From NCBI GenBank assembly GCA_964016885.1, contig OZ024741.1, positions 92,256,001 through 92,320,000 on the forward strand: a DNA stretch of 64,000 bases, in the 5' to 3' direction. Under the pieces are notes generated by a model. The model ran no database searches. It was not told the DNA's origin and worked only from the letters and a program-made list of their open reading frames with translations. The DNA is from Eledone cirrhosa. Taxonomy: Eukaryota. The position numbers and the translations under genes are program-made. Position 1 is the stretch's first letter; every line of letters begins with the position of its first letter. Below, piece by piece: positions 40,901-52,858 of the stretch.

Positions 40901-41413
40901 ACACCTGAGCAGGCTGGTGAGGCTCTTGCACCCTCCTCCCCTATTCGCTAATCCCACACAGTCCCAGCGTGCATCTAAGATCCCGTTCCAGTCGCCCACT
41001 AACACTAAAGAGCGGGACGTTCCAAGAAAGGTCTCCAGACGCCGGAAGAAATCAGGCCGCCCTGCTCCTGTCGGGGCATAGACAGCCACTAGCCTGAAAG
41101 CTTGCCCATCTCCGCTGGTCACGTCCAGCACCATCAACTTACCTTCTGGGTCCAGGAAGATGGCCCGTATGGCGAGATCCAAACTTCTCCGAAAAAGCAC
41201 AGCAACTCCTCCCCCCGATCCAGGACGGCTGGGAGATGCGTACACATCGTAGCCGCCGAAGATCGGTACGAAGGCCCGTGCTTCGGAGATTATGGTCTCG
41301 CTGATGGTCACTACATCTATGTTTAGTGACCTGAGGTCGTTGAGCAGGTGGCCCTGCTTCCATGACGACCCCAAGCCACGCACATTTATGCTGCCTATTC
41401 TGAGTGAGGTCAT
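37995..41413 (-). pseudogene. Tx1-like ORF2 (APE endonuclease, RT, C-terminal zinc finger), one frameshift near 38960
   Basis: SINVRGL, ISET, GDWN and SYLDRVF (APE; SDH reads TDP); KSPGLDGLP, FRPITLLN and YADD (RT); CPRC...H...C. Confidence 0.93.
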
Positions 41414-41447
41414 GTTGAAATGGAGTGGAAAAGATGGGGAAGACCAC

Positions 41448-43368
41448 TTACCTTACTTCTCGTAGAGGAAGGATGGTTTGTCCATCCTTTTCACTGCTTG
41501 TGGCCTCCTCCGGAAGGATGTTCTTATAAATCCTCCTGGAGAGTGTTTGTCGGAAGTCTCCGATGTCTTTGGGGAATTTTTGTTTTAGTGTCGTGTACGT
41601 TTTCTGTGTGATGCGAGTGATTTGTATGTGTGGAGGTGGTGTGAACTTTTGGGTTGTTGTGTAGTCTTTTTCTGTGATGCTGGTGTTGTGTTGGCTGTAG
41701 TGTAATAATTGGTTGTTGTTCAAATTTAATGCTGTGTAGTGTGGATCGTTTTGGTTGTTTTGTTTTGTTTGGGTTTGTTGTGGGTTTGTTTCTGTTTCGC
41801 TTTTTGGTGACTTTTGTGGTGTTGGTGATGGTAGTGTTGGGGTTAATGATGGTGATGGTGTTGGTGTTTGTGGTGATGGGGTTGGTGATGCTGGTGTGGA
41901 TGGTGGCATATCTGTCCTAACTTTTTTGTTTGATAGTCTATTTGTTTCCCTCTGTATTTTGTTTTTGGAGGGGGAAGGAAGAGGATTTTTTCTTTTTTGG
42001 TTTCTTTTTTTTTCTTTTTCCCGATACCGTTTCCCACTCTTCGTCGTCACAATCAGTCTCCAGTTGCGATAGGTCGGGGAGTGGAAAATCCTCCACAGGC
42101 GTTGGTTTTGGTTGTGGCGTGGTGGATGGTGTAGGCGCTGGTGCTAGTTCTGGCGCGTTGGGTGGTGGTGGTGTTGGTTTTGCTACTGTTGCTGGGGTTG
42201 TTGCTGTTACAGTTGCTTCTGTTGTTGCTGCTACAGTTGTTGCTGCCATTTCTGCTGCTGGTGGTGTTGATGGCTGAGTCACTGGGGTGGGTAAGAGAGG
42301 AACCCACCTAAGGGCTTTCTGTCCTTAGGTGGGTTCCTTCACCACAAACGACACACCTAGGCCTTCTGCCCTCGACGATTACGGTGAGGTGGCTGCCGTC
42401 AGTGAGGTCTATTACTTCTGGGATCTCCTCAATGCTTTTTTGGTCCGCTTGGATCAGAAGCTCCATCCCAGATCCGGACCAGTTCTCCTGCTTTTCTTTC
42501 GCTATTTCGATTATCTTGGTGTTGGCCTCGATGCCGGCGAGGACGGTAGCCATTAGCCAGGGAATTTCGATGGCCGGTGGAACGTGGGTCACTCTGATCT
42601 TCACGAGTCTCTGGCCACAATAGCTTGGGACGAGTGTGAAGTCGTCACTTCTTAATGGGGCCATGGAGTGTTCTCTGGCCTCCTGTGGTGTTTCAAAGAA
42701 CACGTCCACGGTTCCATATTTCTGCCCACGTCTGATGTGAGTTTTTTTGCCCACACGTGTCCCAAAGCTTTTTGGATTTGGGACTCGGATGCCCGTTCCA
42801 CTCGGCGCGATTTTATGTTAATCGTCCGATAAGACACGGTGCATAGGCGCCGATGCTCCATTTTATTAGGGGGGGGGAGGCTGACCCTGTACCCATCTTT
42901 CTTTACCATTCTTTTGGCTTCTTCTAATTCCTCCTGAGTTACCTGTAATGCTTCGCACTTTTTTGCTACTCTGGCAAAACTCAGGGTTTTCTTATTCTCA
43001 TTGTTACTGTTGTTGTTATCGTTATTTTTGTTATTGTTAATTTTAGTTTCATTTGTGGTGGTGGTGGCGTCAGTGGTGTTTGGTGTGGAAGAGTTCATTT
43101 TGGGTGAATTCATTTCGATATCACGAGATAATTTATTTTTTCTTTTGTTTCTGTTGTCGCTGTGGTGGTGGTGGGGGTGGCGGCTTCAACACCTGCAGTC
43201 ATTGGTAATGGCGGGAAATGAATGTCTGCCTGAGACAAATTTAAAATATTGCTATTGCTTATATTTTTAGTGTTGGCAAACGTAGTAATATTTACAATGG
43301 TGGTGTCGGTGTGAGGTTAGTTTATGAGGAAGGCTCTCAGCTACTGGGTTCAGCTGTGAGTCGGCCAT
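41448..43368 (-). pseudogene. Tx1-like ORF1, frameshifted
   Basis: Probable ATG at 43368 (MADSQ); fragments 42652-43113, 42308-42754 (EGRRPRCVVCGEGTHLR knuckle), Pro/Thr-rich 41938-42282 and 41448-42050; homologous to copy 2 ORF1. Confidence 0.8.
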
Positions 43369-43584
43369 GATTTTTCAAAGAAATTTTTTTTTTTTTAATA
43401 ATTATAAAAGTTTTAATTTTGGGCTCAAGGCCCTAATCTTTTTGAGTGTCCTTTTCAGAAAACAATGTATGTGCACTTATATACAGTTAACAATAAACAT
43501 TTTCCATAAATGGCAATTTTAAACAACTGAAAACAACAAACCTTTGCGGAGCTCACGATGATACAATTTACTACGTAGGTCGCC

Positions 43585-43628
<44 letters not shown>

Positions 43629-43901
43629 TTTCATTTATTGGCCACAGAGGCCGACATATAGGGGACAATACAAAAGACTGGGACAGTGGGGTTTTACAGA
43701 AAAATCGAGTAAACAATATGAATAAACAAAGTAACAATAACAAAGTAACAATAAAGTAACAAGAAAATTACAACAAGAAAAAATTCCCCAATAGAGGGGA
43801 TGACCACCTAGGGTTCGCTCAGGTACCCCACCAGTCCTGAACGACCCGACGCTTCGAGAGCACCCTGGAAGGGCACCCCTCTCCTCTTCAAATTTACCTA
43901 C

Positions 43902-46900
43902 CTACAGCCGCATGACCAGAGTAGGCCCACTCACACGGGCCATTCTCGCCACATTCACCCACCTTTCAGCAAATGTACTGGGGGGCAGCACTTCTCTCTC
44001 CACCCTCACCTTCCTTTCCAAGTGAAACTTGAAAAAGTTGATGAGGGATTGGCCGAAGAGAGAAAAGTGTCTGTCTTCAGTCCTTTCAACCTCGTCCACC
44101 ATACAACCTCTTTCGCTACTGCCACCAGACAGAGGAAAATTGCCTGCCCTTCCTGGCCAAAAGAAGGTGGCGGGTCGATCTTCACTATGGACTCGGCCGA
44201 TAGCCGGATCCGTTCTACACGCGACAACAGCTGTTCAACATAACTCCACAAGTCAGTAATGCACGGACACTGGACGAGTGCGTGCAGAACGGTTTCGCCG
44301 CTCTGCGCGCATCTCGGACAAGTCCGTCTGACAGCACTTCCGTGCCTGTAGAGTTTATCTCGAACCGGCAGTGCCCCCCGGTAGCACTGCCAAGCGAGGG
44401 ATTTTTGGAAATTATCCATCGTCCCCGGCTCGAAAGTCCTCCAGTACAGACTGGTTAGTTCGACTTCGTTGACTCCCAGAGCCTCTCCGAGTGCGTGGTC
44501 GCACTTTCCCACCACTAATCCTCTATAGAACTCGAGAGTGGAAGTTCCACTGACCGCATTGCCCGCCTGGTAGAGGGCAGTGAGTGCCTGGCAACATTCC
44601 AGATGCCAGTCACCCAGCCTCGGTCTCTTCTTGACCCAGGACTGCAACTCAGTCAAAGAAACGAGCTGCGGAAAGGCCCGTCTGACAAACGGCGACCACA
44701 CCTGTTCACGGTTTAGGCAGAATATCTGGAGATGCCGCAGCCTCAGCGCGTGCCTGCGCATCATTAGCTACGGCATGCCCAGCCCTCCACGTAGAGGGTG
44801 CTGGCAGAAGATGGACCGCCTCACCAGCGGAACCTGACCTCTCCACAAGAATTTGAAGAGGAGCCGCTCCAAGATGGCGAGGCGCGAACGGGGATAAGGG
44901 ACGACAGTCAGACGGTAGTAGATGACGGACGCGATGTACGCGTTTGCCACCTCCGCCCGACCTTTCAGTGATAGCTTCATTCCAGCCCATTTCTGGGTGA
45001 GACTGACTACTCTGCCCGTCACTTCGTCCCAATTCTTATCCACCTGGAGGTTTGGCCCAAACCAAACCCCTAGCAACTTTACTGGTCCGTCCGTCCAGCG
45101 CCTAACGACGCTATTGGACGACATGGATTTGCCTCTCCAGGTGCCGAGCTGCAAGCCTACTGACTTTTCCGGGTTAAGTTTTGCTCCCGTCAACCTTTCA
45201 TATTCCTCCAATAAGTTGCCGACCACCTCGATTTCTGAGGTGTCCGACACCATCACGGTAACGTCGTCCGCATAAGCCGACACAGCCTTTCCGCGTCCCA
45301 GTTCGAGCGGGATGCCCTGCAACAGCTCCAGCTTCCGCAGTAAAGGCTCGAGAGTCAATACGTACAGAAGGGAGGAGAGAGGGCACCCTTGACGAACCGA
45401 TCGGGAGACCTGAAACGGTTCCGAGAGGTGGCCATTAATTTTGACCATCGAGCAGGTGCCGCTGTGCATTGCAGCGATCCAGCTTCTGAAGACGGGGCCG
45501 AAGCCAGCCGCCTTGAGGACAGCCTCCAGGTACCGATGGTCGACCCTATCGAATGCTTTCGATTGATCTAAATTGATCAGAGCCCCACCGAAGCCAGGTT
45601 TACACCCTACCCTCTCTATGATGTATCGCATTAGGTGGAGGTTGTCGTGTATGGACCTGGTTGGGATTGCGCAAGTTTGCGCCTCCCCAACCAAATGCCC
45701 GACGACAAGCGCCAACCTCTTCGCTAACACCCTGGCAAAAATCTTAAACTCTGTGTTGAGTAGAGTTATGGGCCTGAAATTGTCTAATGTGTCCCTCTTG
45801 TTCTCGTCTTTCCTTATCAGCGTCACTACGCCCCGGCTCACAGAACTGGGAATACTCCCGATTTGCTGCCAGTTGCAGTAGAGGGCTTCGAGGAGATTGG
45901 AGAACAAGTCTGGCATATTTACGTAAAGCTCGTAGGGCAGACCATCCAAACCGGGTGACTTGCGCCTCATGCAGCCTACAAGGGCATCCTGAATCTCGGC
46001 TGAAGTAATTGGCCTTTCGCAGCGCCCAGCGTCAGCCGTCGAGAGTTGCGCCAAGCCATCGAGGTAGGGACTGAAGTCTGCCACCATCTCTGACCCGCCA
46101 CTTCCCCCGAACAACCGAGCAAAATGTTGGCGAAAGGCCTCACACATCCTCTTGGAATCGCTCAGCTCGTGCCCGTCTCGGTCCGTCAAAGACCGAATCG
46201 TGGTTTTATTACCACGCTGCGCCTCTGCCATGCGGGCCCATCGAACAGATTTGGTTCCCTCGTTTCTCAGAGCACGCGCCTTAGCTCTGACAATGCAACC
46301 TTCGTGTTTCGCATTGAAGAAATGGTCTAATGCCATTCTCGCCGCTAGCACGTCAGTTGCAATGCCACTACCAATAGCCTCGTCTAACTTATCTACCAAC
46401 TCCCCCTCCTTTCTATTTTTCTCTAATGCTACTTCTTTGCTAAACTCTATCAACATTACTCTAATCTCTCTTTTGAGAGCCCCCCACCATCTATTGTTGA
46501 CGACTCCCCCTGTCAACTTTTTCTTAACTAAATTGTTAACCTGGTCCCTGTAAGCCTTACGTGCCGGAAATGACATGTTTAGCTTCCAGTAACCAGGTCC
46601 TAACCTACGCGTCTTATCTAGGTCGACCATACAGATCACAAACTTGTGATCTGAATAGGCGACCGTTTCAAAACGTGGACAGCTTACACTATTTCTGTCT
46701 ATTTTCCTAATGAATATCCTGTCTATATACGATCTAGATGACCCTATGCGGTTAGCCCAGGTCCACACTGGCGCATTAGGGAAATCTAGTCAGTACCTGT
46801 CAGACAGTTGGAACTGGCTGATCAGGTTCTTGAGGCTTTTGCACCCCCCCCCCCCGCTCCTATCGGATACTCCCACACAGTCCCAGCGTGCGTCTAAGAT

Positions 46901-47332
46901 GCCGTTCCAGTCCCCCGCTAACAGTAAAGGGCGAGACGTACCCAGAAAGGCTTCCAGGCGTCTAAAGAAGTCCGGCCGTCCTGCCCCAGTAGGAGCATAG
47001 ACGACCACCAGTCTAAAGGCACCACCTTCATTATTGTTCACGTCCAGGACCACCAACTTCCCGTCCGGGTCCCGGAAGATCGACCTTACCTCGAGATCCA
47101 GGCCTTTCCTAAACAGCACTGCCACCCCGCCTCCCATTCCCGGCCGGCTAACAGATGCAAAGATCTGAAAGTAGTCGAAAATGGGGGCTAGTGCGCGCGT
47201 GTCGGAAATCCTGGTCTCGCTGACTGCAATTACATCCATTTCTATAGACCTGAGGTCGTTGAGCAGGTGACCCTGCTTCCAGGATGATCCCAGGCCTCGA
47301 ACATTTAAACATCCTACTCTTAATACGGCCAT
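43902..47332 (-). pseudogene. Tx1-like ORF2 with two nonsense codons (46790, 44768) and a frameshift near 44060
   Basis: ORFs 46790-47332, 44768-46768 and 44006-44764 are one frame; CLNVRGL, GDWN, YSDH, QGCPLS, YADD, CPRC..H..C. Confidence 0.93.
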
Positions 47333-47367
47333 GTTGGCAGGTTAAACAGAGGGAGAGGAAGGTTTAC

Positions 47368-49337
47368 TTACCTTCCGGGCTCTTGTGAAGGTCGAGTGTT
47401 TCGACCTCCATAGTTGGTGGAGTTTCTTTTGGGAACCCCTTTAAAAGTCTTGATGTAGGTTTTACGTTCTGGGTTCCCACGTCCCGAGGAAAGCTGTCTC
47501 GAATCTCTGTAGAAATCGTACGACATTCGCACCAGAAACAAATCTTCCGGCACGCGAAATGTGCTCGATTAAAAAATTTCCCCTTCTGTTTGTAATTCTT
47601 TACTTTGTGCTACGAGAGCCATCAATTCCTTGTCAGCCCTTCTGACGAGCACGAAGTTTTGTATGTTTTGTTGGTGCGATTTTATTTGTTTGCGTGACTA
47701 TAGTGATGATGGTTTTGATGGTGTTGTTTCGGTTGCGTTTGTGTTTGTTGTGAGTGCGGTGTCTGTGGTTTCAGATGTTTGTGTGTGTATTTGTTCTTGC
47801 GTCTGTTTCGTTTGTTTGCGTTTGGGGGATTCTGGTGATGGTGGTGGTGGTGTTGATGTTGGTGTTATTGGAGAGATGTTTGCGTGGGTGGTGTCTGCGT
47901 TTTTTATTGTGGGTGCTTTTGTGCTTTGTGGAGTTTTTTTTTTCTTTTTGTGTTTCCTTTTTTGGATTTTGGGGGATTTTGGATTTCCCTCATCTTCACT
48001 ACTGGTAGATGAGGGGTCTGTGTCTGTAAGTGTGTCTGTATGTATGTTTAAGGTTTTATTGGTGTGTGTATTTTTGGGGGGAGGGGGAATTTGACAGCTT
48101 TCCTCGTTTCCCCCCTGGGTGGTCAATGTTGGTGGTGGTTTTTCTATTGGTGTTGTTGTTGGTGGTTTTGCCGGTGCAGGTGTTGGTTGTGGTCCGAGCC
48201 CCGGCGTCGGCAGCAGTGGAGCCTTTCGACCCCTTGCCTCTTTCAGCAGTTGAGGGCAGAAGGCTCGCAAATGGGTTTTTTCCCCACAAACAAAACACTG
48301 CGGCCTTTTGCCTTCGGTCATAATGTGAATGACCGTCCCATTCTGAAGTCGGATGTGGTCTGGGATTGTCTTCACATTCTCGGGCCTGATCTGGAGAAGG
48401 ATCTCCAGGTCAACCCCGGACCAGTCCTCTCTGGCCGTTCTGGTCACTTCTATAGGGACTGTATCCGTCCCCTCCACAATCACACATCCCAGAAGCCACC
48501 ACATATCAAGTCCTGGTGGGATTCTGGGAATGCGGAGACGGGCCGTTCTTTTTCCCATGTGGGAGGGGTACATTATGACCGTGCTGGTTTTGCAAGGAGT
48601 CATGGCGTGTTTCATCGCGAGGGCTTCTGACTTTAACAACACCGAAATGGTGCCGTACTGTCTGCCCCTCTCTATGTACTGGGTGTCTTCTCTGATGCAC
48701 CTCAGCGCGACTTCGACATCTTCTTGTGGGATTAACGCTGCCCTTTTGGTTTGTGCTGAGATGCATCTATAATGCACCGTTTTGCGCTCCACTGCTTCAA
48801 TAGCTTCTACCGGGACAGTTAAGTTGGCCCAAGTTTGCTCTTGCTTGATGAGCTTCCATGCCTGGGCCAACTTTTCATCTTTGTTTGAGAGGTCCATGTT
48901 GAAGCATGGCCTCTTTTTTGCTGCTGCCGCAGCGAAAGTGGTCTTGTTTTCGTTGGGGGTGTTGTTGTCGTTGTTCTTGTTGGTGTTGTTGTTAGCACTG
49001 TCGCTGTTATCATTGTTGTCTTTGCTGCCACCGTTGTTCTCGGTGCAGTTGGTATTGTTGCTGTTGGTGTTGTCGCTATTTGTTTTCATGTTAGTGGTGT
49101 TGATATTGTTCTTGTATTTGTTATTTTTTTTTTGTTATCTGTATTTTCGTTGTCGCTGTTACTGTCATTTTTTTTCAAATTAGAGTTCTTATTGGTATCA
49201 TTGGTGTCTTTGTTTACCTTGTTTGTGGTGGTGTTTGTGTTATCAATGTGTGTTAATTTCGCTGTAGCGCTCCTCTCAACTTTTACGTCGTTGTCGCACG
49301 ACAGCCGACATATCGCTGGGGGGCGTGGCTCAGCCAT
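47368..49337 (-). pseudogene. Tx1-like ORF1 with CCHC knuckle, disrupted
   Basis: Probable ATG at 49337 (MAEPRPP); Asn/Thr-rich N-terminus; main frame 47698-49089 with CFVCGEKTHLRAFC; C-terminal piece 47368-47553. Confidence 0.82.
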
Positions 49338-49544
49338 GTTTTTTTTTCTTCGTAAATTTTTTAACATGTAAAAAAAAAGTTCAAATATTTGGGCCAAAAG
49401 GCCCAAATATTATACTTTCCCCTACAGGGGGCAAAGTCTTAGGGCTTATATCCCTTACACAACAAGAAATATTTAACAACAAATAATTTAAACAGGCAAA
49501 TAAAGCGACTTACTGTGAGCGAGCAAAATACGTCCGCTTAGACC

Positions 49545-49585
<41 letters not shown>

Positions 49586-51589
49586 TTTCTTTATTGACCA
49601 CAAGGGTTGACATCAAGAAAAACATTACAGACGACACAGGACGGTACAGGACGGTACGATGTGGGTTTTGTTCGTGTAAAGATTTTTATTATTTATATAA
49701 GAAAAGAAAAGAAAAAGACATAGAAACATATTTATATATAAACAATAAAAATGAAAATTGAAACAATGAAAAATTCCCCAATAGGGAGGGAACCTCTGAA
49801 GGTTACTCGTGGCGAAAACCACACAAAAGACCACGGCCACCCTGACCACCAGGGCAAGCGCCCTCTCTCAATTTTTCCATTTCTCAAACTACAGGCGTAT
49901 ATTCATAGCGGTCCCGTTCACTCGGACCATTCTCGCTACATTCACCCACCTTTTAACAAACTTGCTACAAGGCAGCACTTGCCTCTCCACCCTGATTTTC
50001 CTCTTCAAGTGAAACTTGAAAAAGTTAATTAGGGATTCGCCGAAGAGGAAAGTGTCTGTCTTTAACCCTTTCAACCTTGTCCACCACACAATCCGTTTCG
50101 CCATGGCCACCAGGCAGATGAAAACCGCCTGCCCTTCCTCCTCGAAGGAAGACGGCGAGACCATCTGCACAATGGACTCAGTCGATAACCGGATCAGTCC
50201 TACACGCGACAGCAACTGTTCGACATAGCTCCACAAGTCAGAAATGCTCGGGCACTGAACGAGTGCTTGCACGACGGTTTAGTCGCTCTGCGAGCATATC
50301 GGACAGGCTCGGCTGACGGCACTTCCGTGATTGTAGAGCTTATCTCGAACCAGCAACGCTCTCCGGTAGCACTGCCAGGCCAGGGATTTTTGGAAGTTAT
50401 CTATAGGCACTGGGCTGAAAGTTCTCCGGAAGAGAGCAAACAGCTGATCTTCTTCGACGCCCAGGATCTCTCCGAGAACGGCGTCGCTCTTCCCCTCCAC
50501 TAGTCCTCTATAGAACGCCGAGGTGGATGTTCCACCGATACTGGTGCCCAGCTGGCAGAGGGCAGTGAGCGTCTGGAGACATTCCAGTTTCCAAGCGCTA
50601 TCCCTCGGTCTTTTCCTGACCCAGGACTGCAGCTCCGTCAAGAAGACGAGCTGTGGGAAAACGTGCCTGGCGAACGGCGACCACACCTGTTCACCGTCAA
50701 GGAAGCACCAGAGATGTCGCAGCCTCAGCGCATGTTTGCGCATCATCAGCCATGGCATGCCCAGTCCTCCACGCAACGGGTGTTGACAGCAGATGGATCG
50801 TCTGACCATGGGAGCACGTCCCTTCCACAAAAAGCGGAAGAGGAGGCGCTCCATTTTGGTGAGAGTTGGGCCGGGGAAAGGGACGACGGTGAGGCGGTAG
50901 CAGATGACGGATGCGATGTACGCATTCGCCACCTCCGCCCGACCTTTCCGACCCATTTCTGGGTGAGGGAGGCTAGCTTGCTCGTCACCTCGCTCCAGTT
51001 TTTCTCCATCTGGAGGTCCGGTCCGAACCAGACCTCGAGCAATTTAACCGGTCCGTCCGTCCAACGCCCCACGACGCTGTCGGACGCCATGGACTTGCAT
51101 CTCCAGGTGCCGAGCTGCAAGCCCACCGACTTTTTCTGGTGTATCTTTGCTCCTGTCACCGCTTCGTATTCCTTGAGAGCGGTGCCGAGCATCTGGACGT
51201 GTCTAGTGCTCGACACCACCACGGTGACGTCGTCGGCGTAAGCCGACTCGGATCTCCCGCATCCTAGTTCGCGTGTGACGCCCCTCATCGCCCCCAGTTT
51301 GTGCAGTAACGGCTCGAGAGCCAATACGTACAAGAGGGACGAGAGGGACAACCCTGGCGAACCGAGCGCATGATGCTGAACGGCTGCGACAGGTGACCGT
51401 TCACCCTCACAACTGAGTAGATCGCAGTACATCGCAGCGATCTAACCCCTAAAAACGGGCCCGAAACCGGCTGCCTCGAGGACCGCCGCCAGGTACCGAT
51501 GGCCGACCCTATCGAATGCTTTGGATTGATCCAAGTTGATCAGGGCCCCACCCGTGCCAGGTTCCTTAACCACCCTCTCTATGATGTAT
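49545..51589 (-). mobile_element. 5'-truncated Tx1-like copy 3 (RT C-half to 3' end)
   Basis: YADD, WTDGPVKLL and CPIC..H..C in broken frames; (ATT)n tail at 49545-49583. Confidence 0.9.
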
Positions 51590-52280
51590 AATAATGATTT
51601 CTTTATTGGCCACAAGGGCTGACATCAAGAAAAACATTACAGACGGCACAGGACGGTACGATGTGGGTTTTGTGCGTGTAAATATTTTTCTTGGCCACAA
51701 GGGCTGAAGAAATCATTATTATTATTGTACCTCCCTGTATGATCTGAGTTCAAATACCGCCGAGGTTAACTTTGCCTTTCATCCTTACGGGGTCGATAGA
51801 ATAAAGTACCAGTAATGCATTGGATAATTGCTGGCCTTGTGCCAAAAGTAGAAACAATTATTATTATTATTATTCAAAACCTGTCGAGGTTAACTTTGCC
51901 TTTCATCCTTACCAGGTCGATAAAATAAAGTACCAGTAATGAACTGGGTAATTGCTGGCTTTGTGCCAAAAGTAGAAACAATTATTATTATTATTATTAT
52001 TATTATTGTTGTTGTTGTTCTAATAATAATAAAGCACGTAGGGCAGACCATCCAAACCTGGCGATTTACCCCTTACGTAGTCAGACATCGCTTCCCGTAT
52101 TTCACCTGCTGTTATCGGCTTTTCGCAATACTGCTCTGCGGAAGTCGAGAGCTGCGGCAGTCCCTCGAAGTATGCACTGAAGTTCACACTCCGATCCGGC
52201 CCGCCGCCGCTCCCAAACAGTTGAGCAAGGTGCTGCTGAAAAGCTTCACACATCTGCAAAAATTGAATAATAATAATAAG
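51590..52280. mobile_element. Jumble of Tx1 3'-end fragments, SINE A copies and an internal Tx1 RT fragment
   Basis: 51590-51690 repeats the copy 3 3' end; SINEs at 51740-51874 and 51882-52006; 52035-52258 encodes MCEAFQQH...KSPGLDGLPY and has (taa)n on both sides. Confidence 0.8.
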
Positions 52281-52765
52281 TTGACGGGACTAGAATAAGG
52301 TTTCCCTAATAGTACCGGTTGCATCTCAGTGTGCTCAATAGGTAAGGTTATGTAAAAACCCCAGAGTAGACACAAAGTTATTTGCCTCAATACAACACAT
52401 GTAAATGGGTACTATAAACTGTACCCGTACTCAAGTTTTGGCCACACTTAATGCAGCAAGAGAGCATACATCTACTGTCTGCATTTATTATGCAACAATG
52501 CACAATCAGTGCATGTGGCTTCATCAACAGGTCTCGCCTAGTCAATAACCAATCTATCGATAGAATTCGATTCCAGTCCGTGCTGCATATGGCAGTAAAT
52601 GCGACAGGCACAGCAGTAAATTAGTACTGAAATACCTAGGCGTTATCAAAATACCGTCAACCGATTGGCCACTGGTTCAGAAATTTACGAGTCGAGATTC
52701 TATTCGTCGGCCCTCCATAACGACTCAACCAACATATCTCAAGTCAACACAAATTAACGAGTGTT

Positions 52766-52858
<93 letters not shown>

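Larger units (their letters stand above)
37708..43584 (-). mobile_element. Full-length Tx1/L1-clade non-LTR retrotransposon, copy 1
   Basis: ORF1 with zinc knuckle, ORF2 APE-RT-CCHC, 3' (ATT)n tail at 37708-37731; the 5' end abuts (ATT)n at 43585. Confidence 0.93.
43585..49544 (-). mobile_element. Full-length Tx1/L1-clade retrotransposon, copy 2 (different subfamily)
   Basis: Same architecture as copy 1; (ATT)n tail at 43585-43626; the 5' end abuts (ATT)n at 49545. Confidence 0.93.

Noticed and set aside
38067-51241. Plus-strand ORFs over the LINEs (e.g. 39009-39518, 50663-51241)
   Set aside because: Antisense shadows of GC-rich ORF1/ORF2; they recur only because the LINE copies are homologous.
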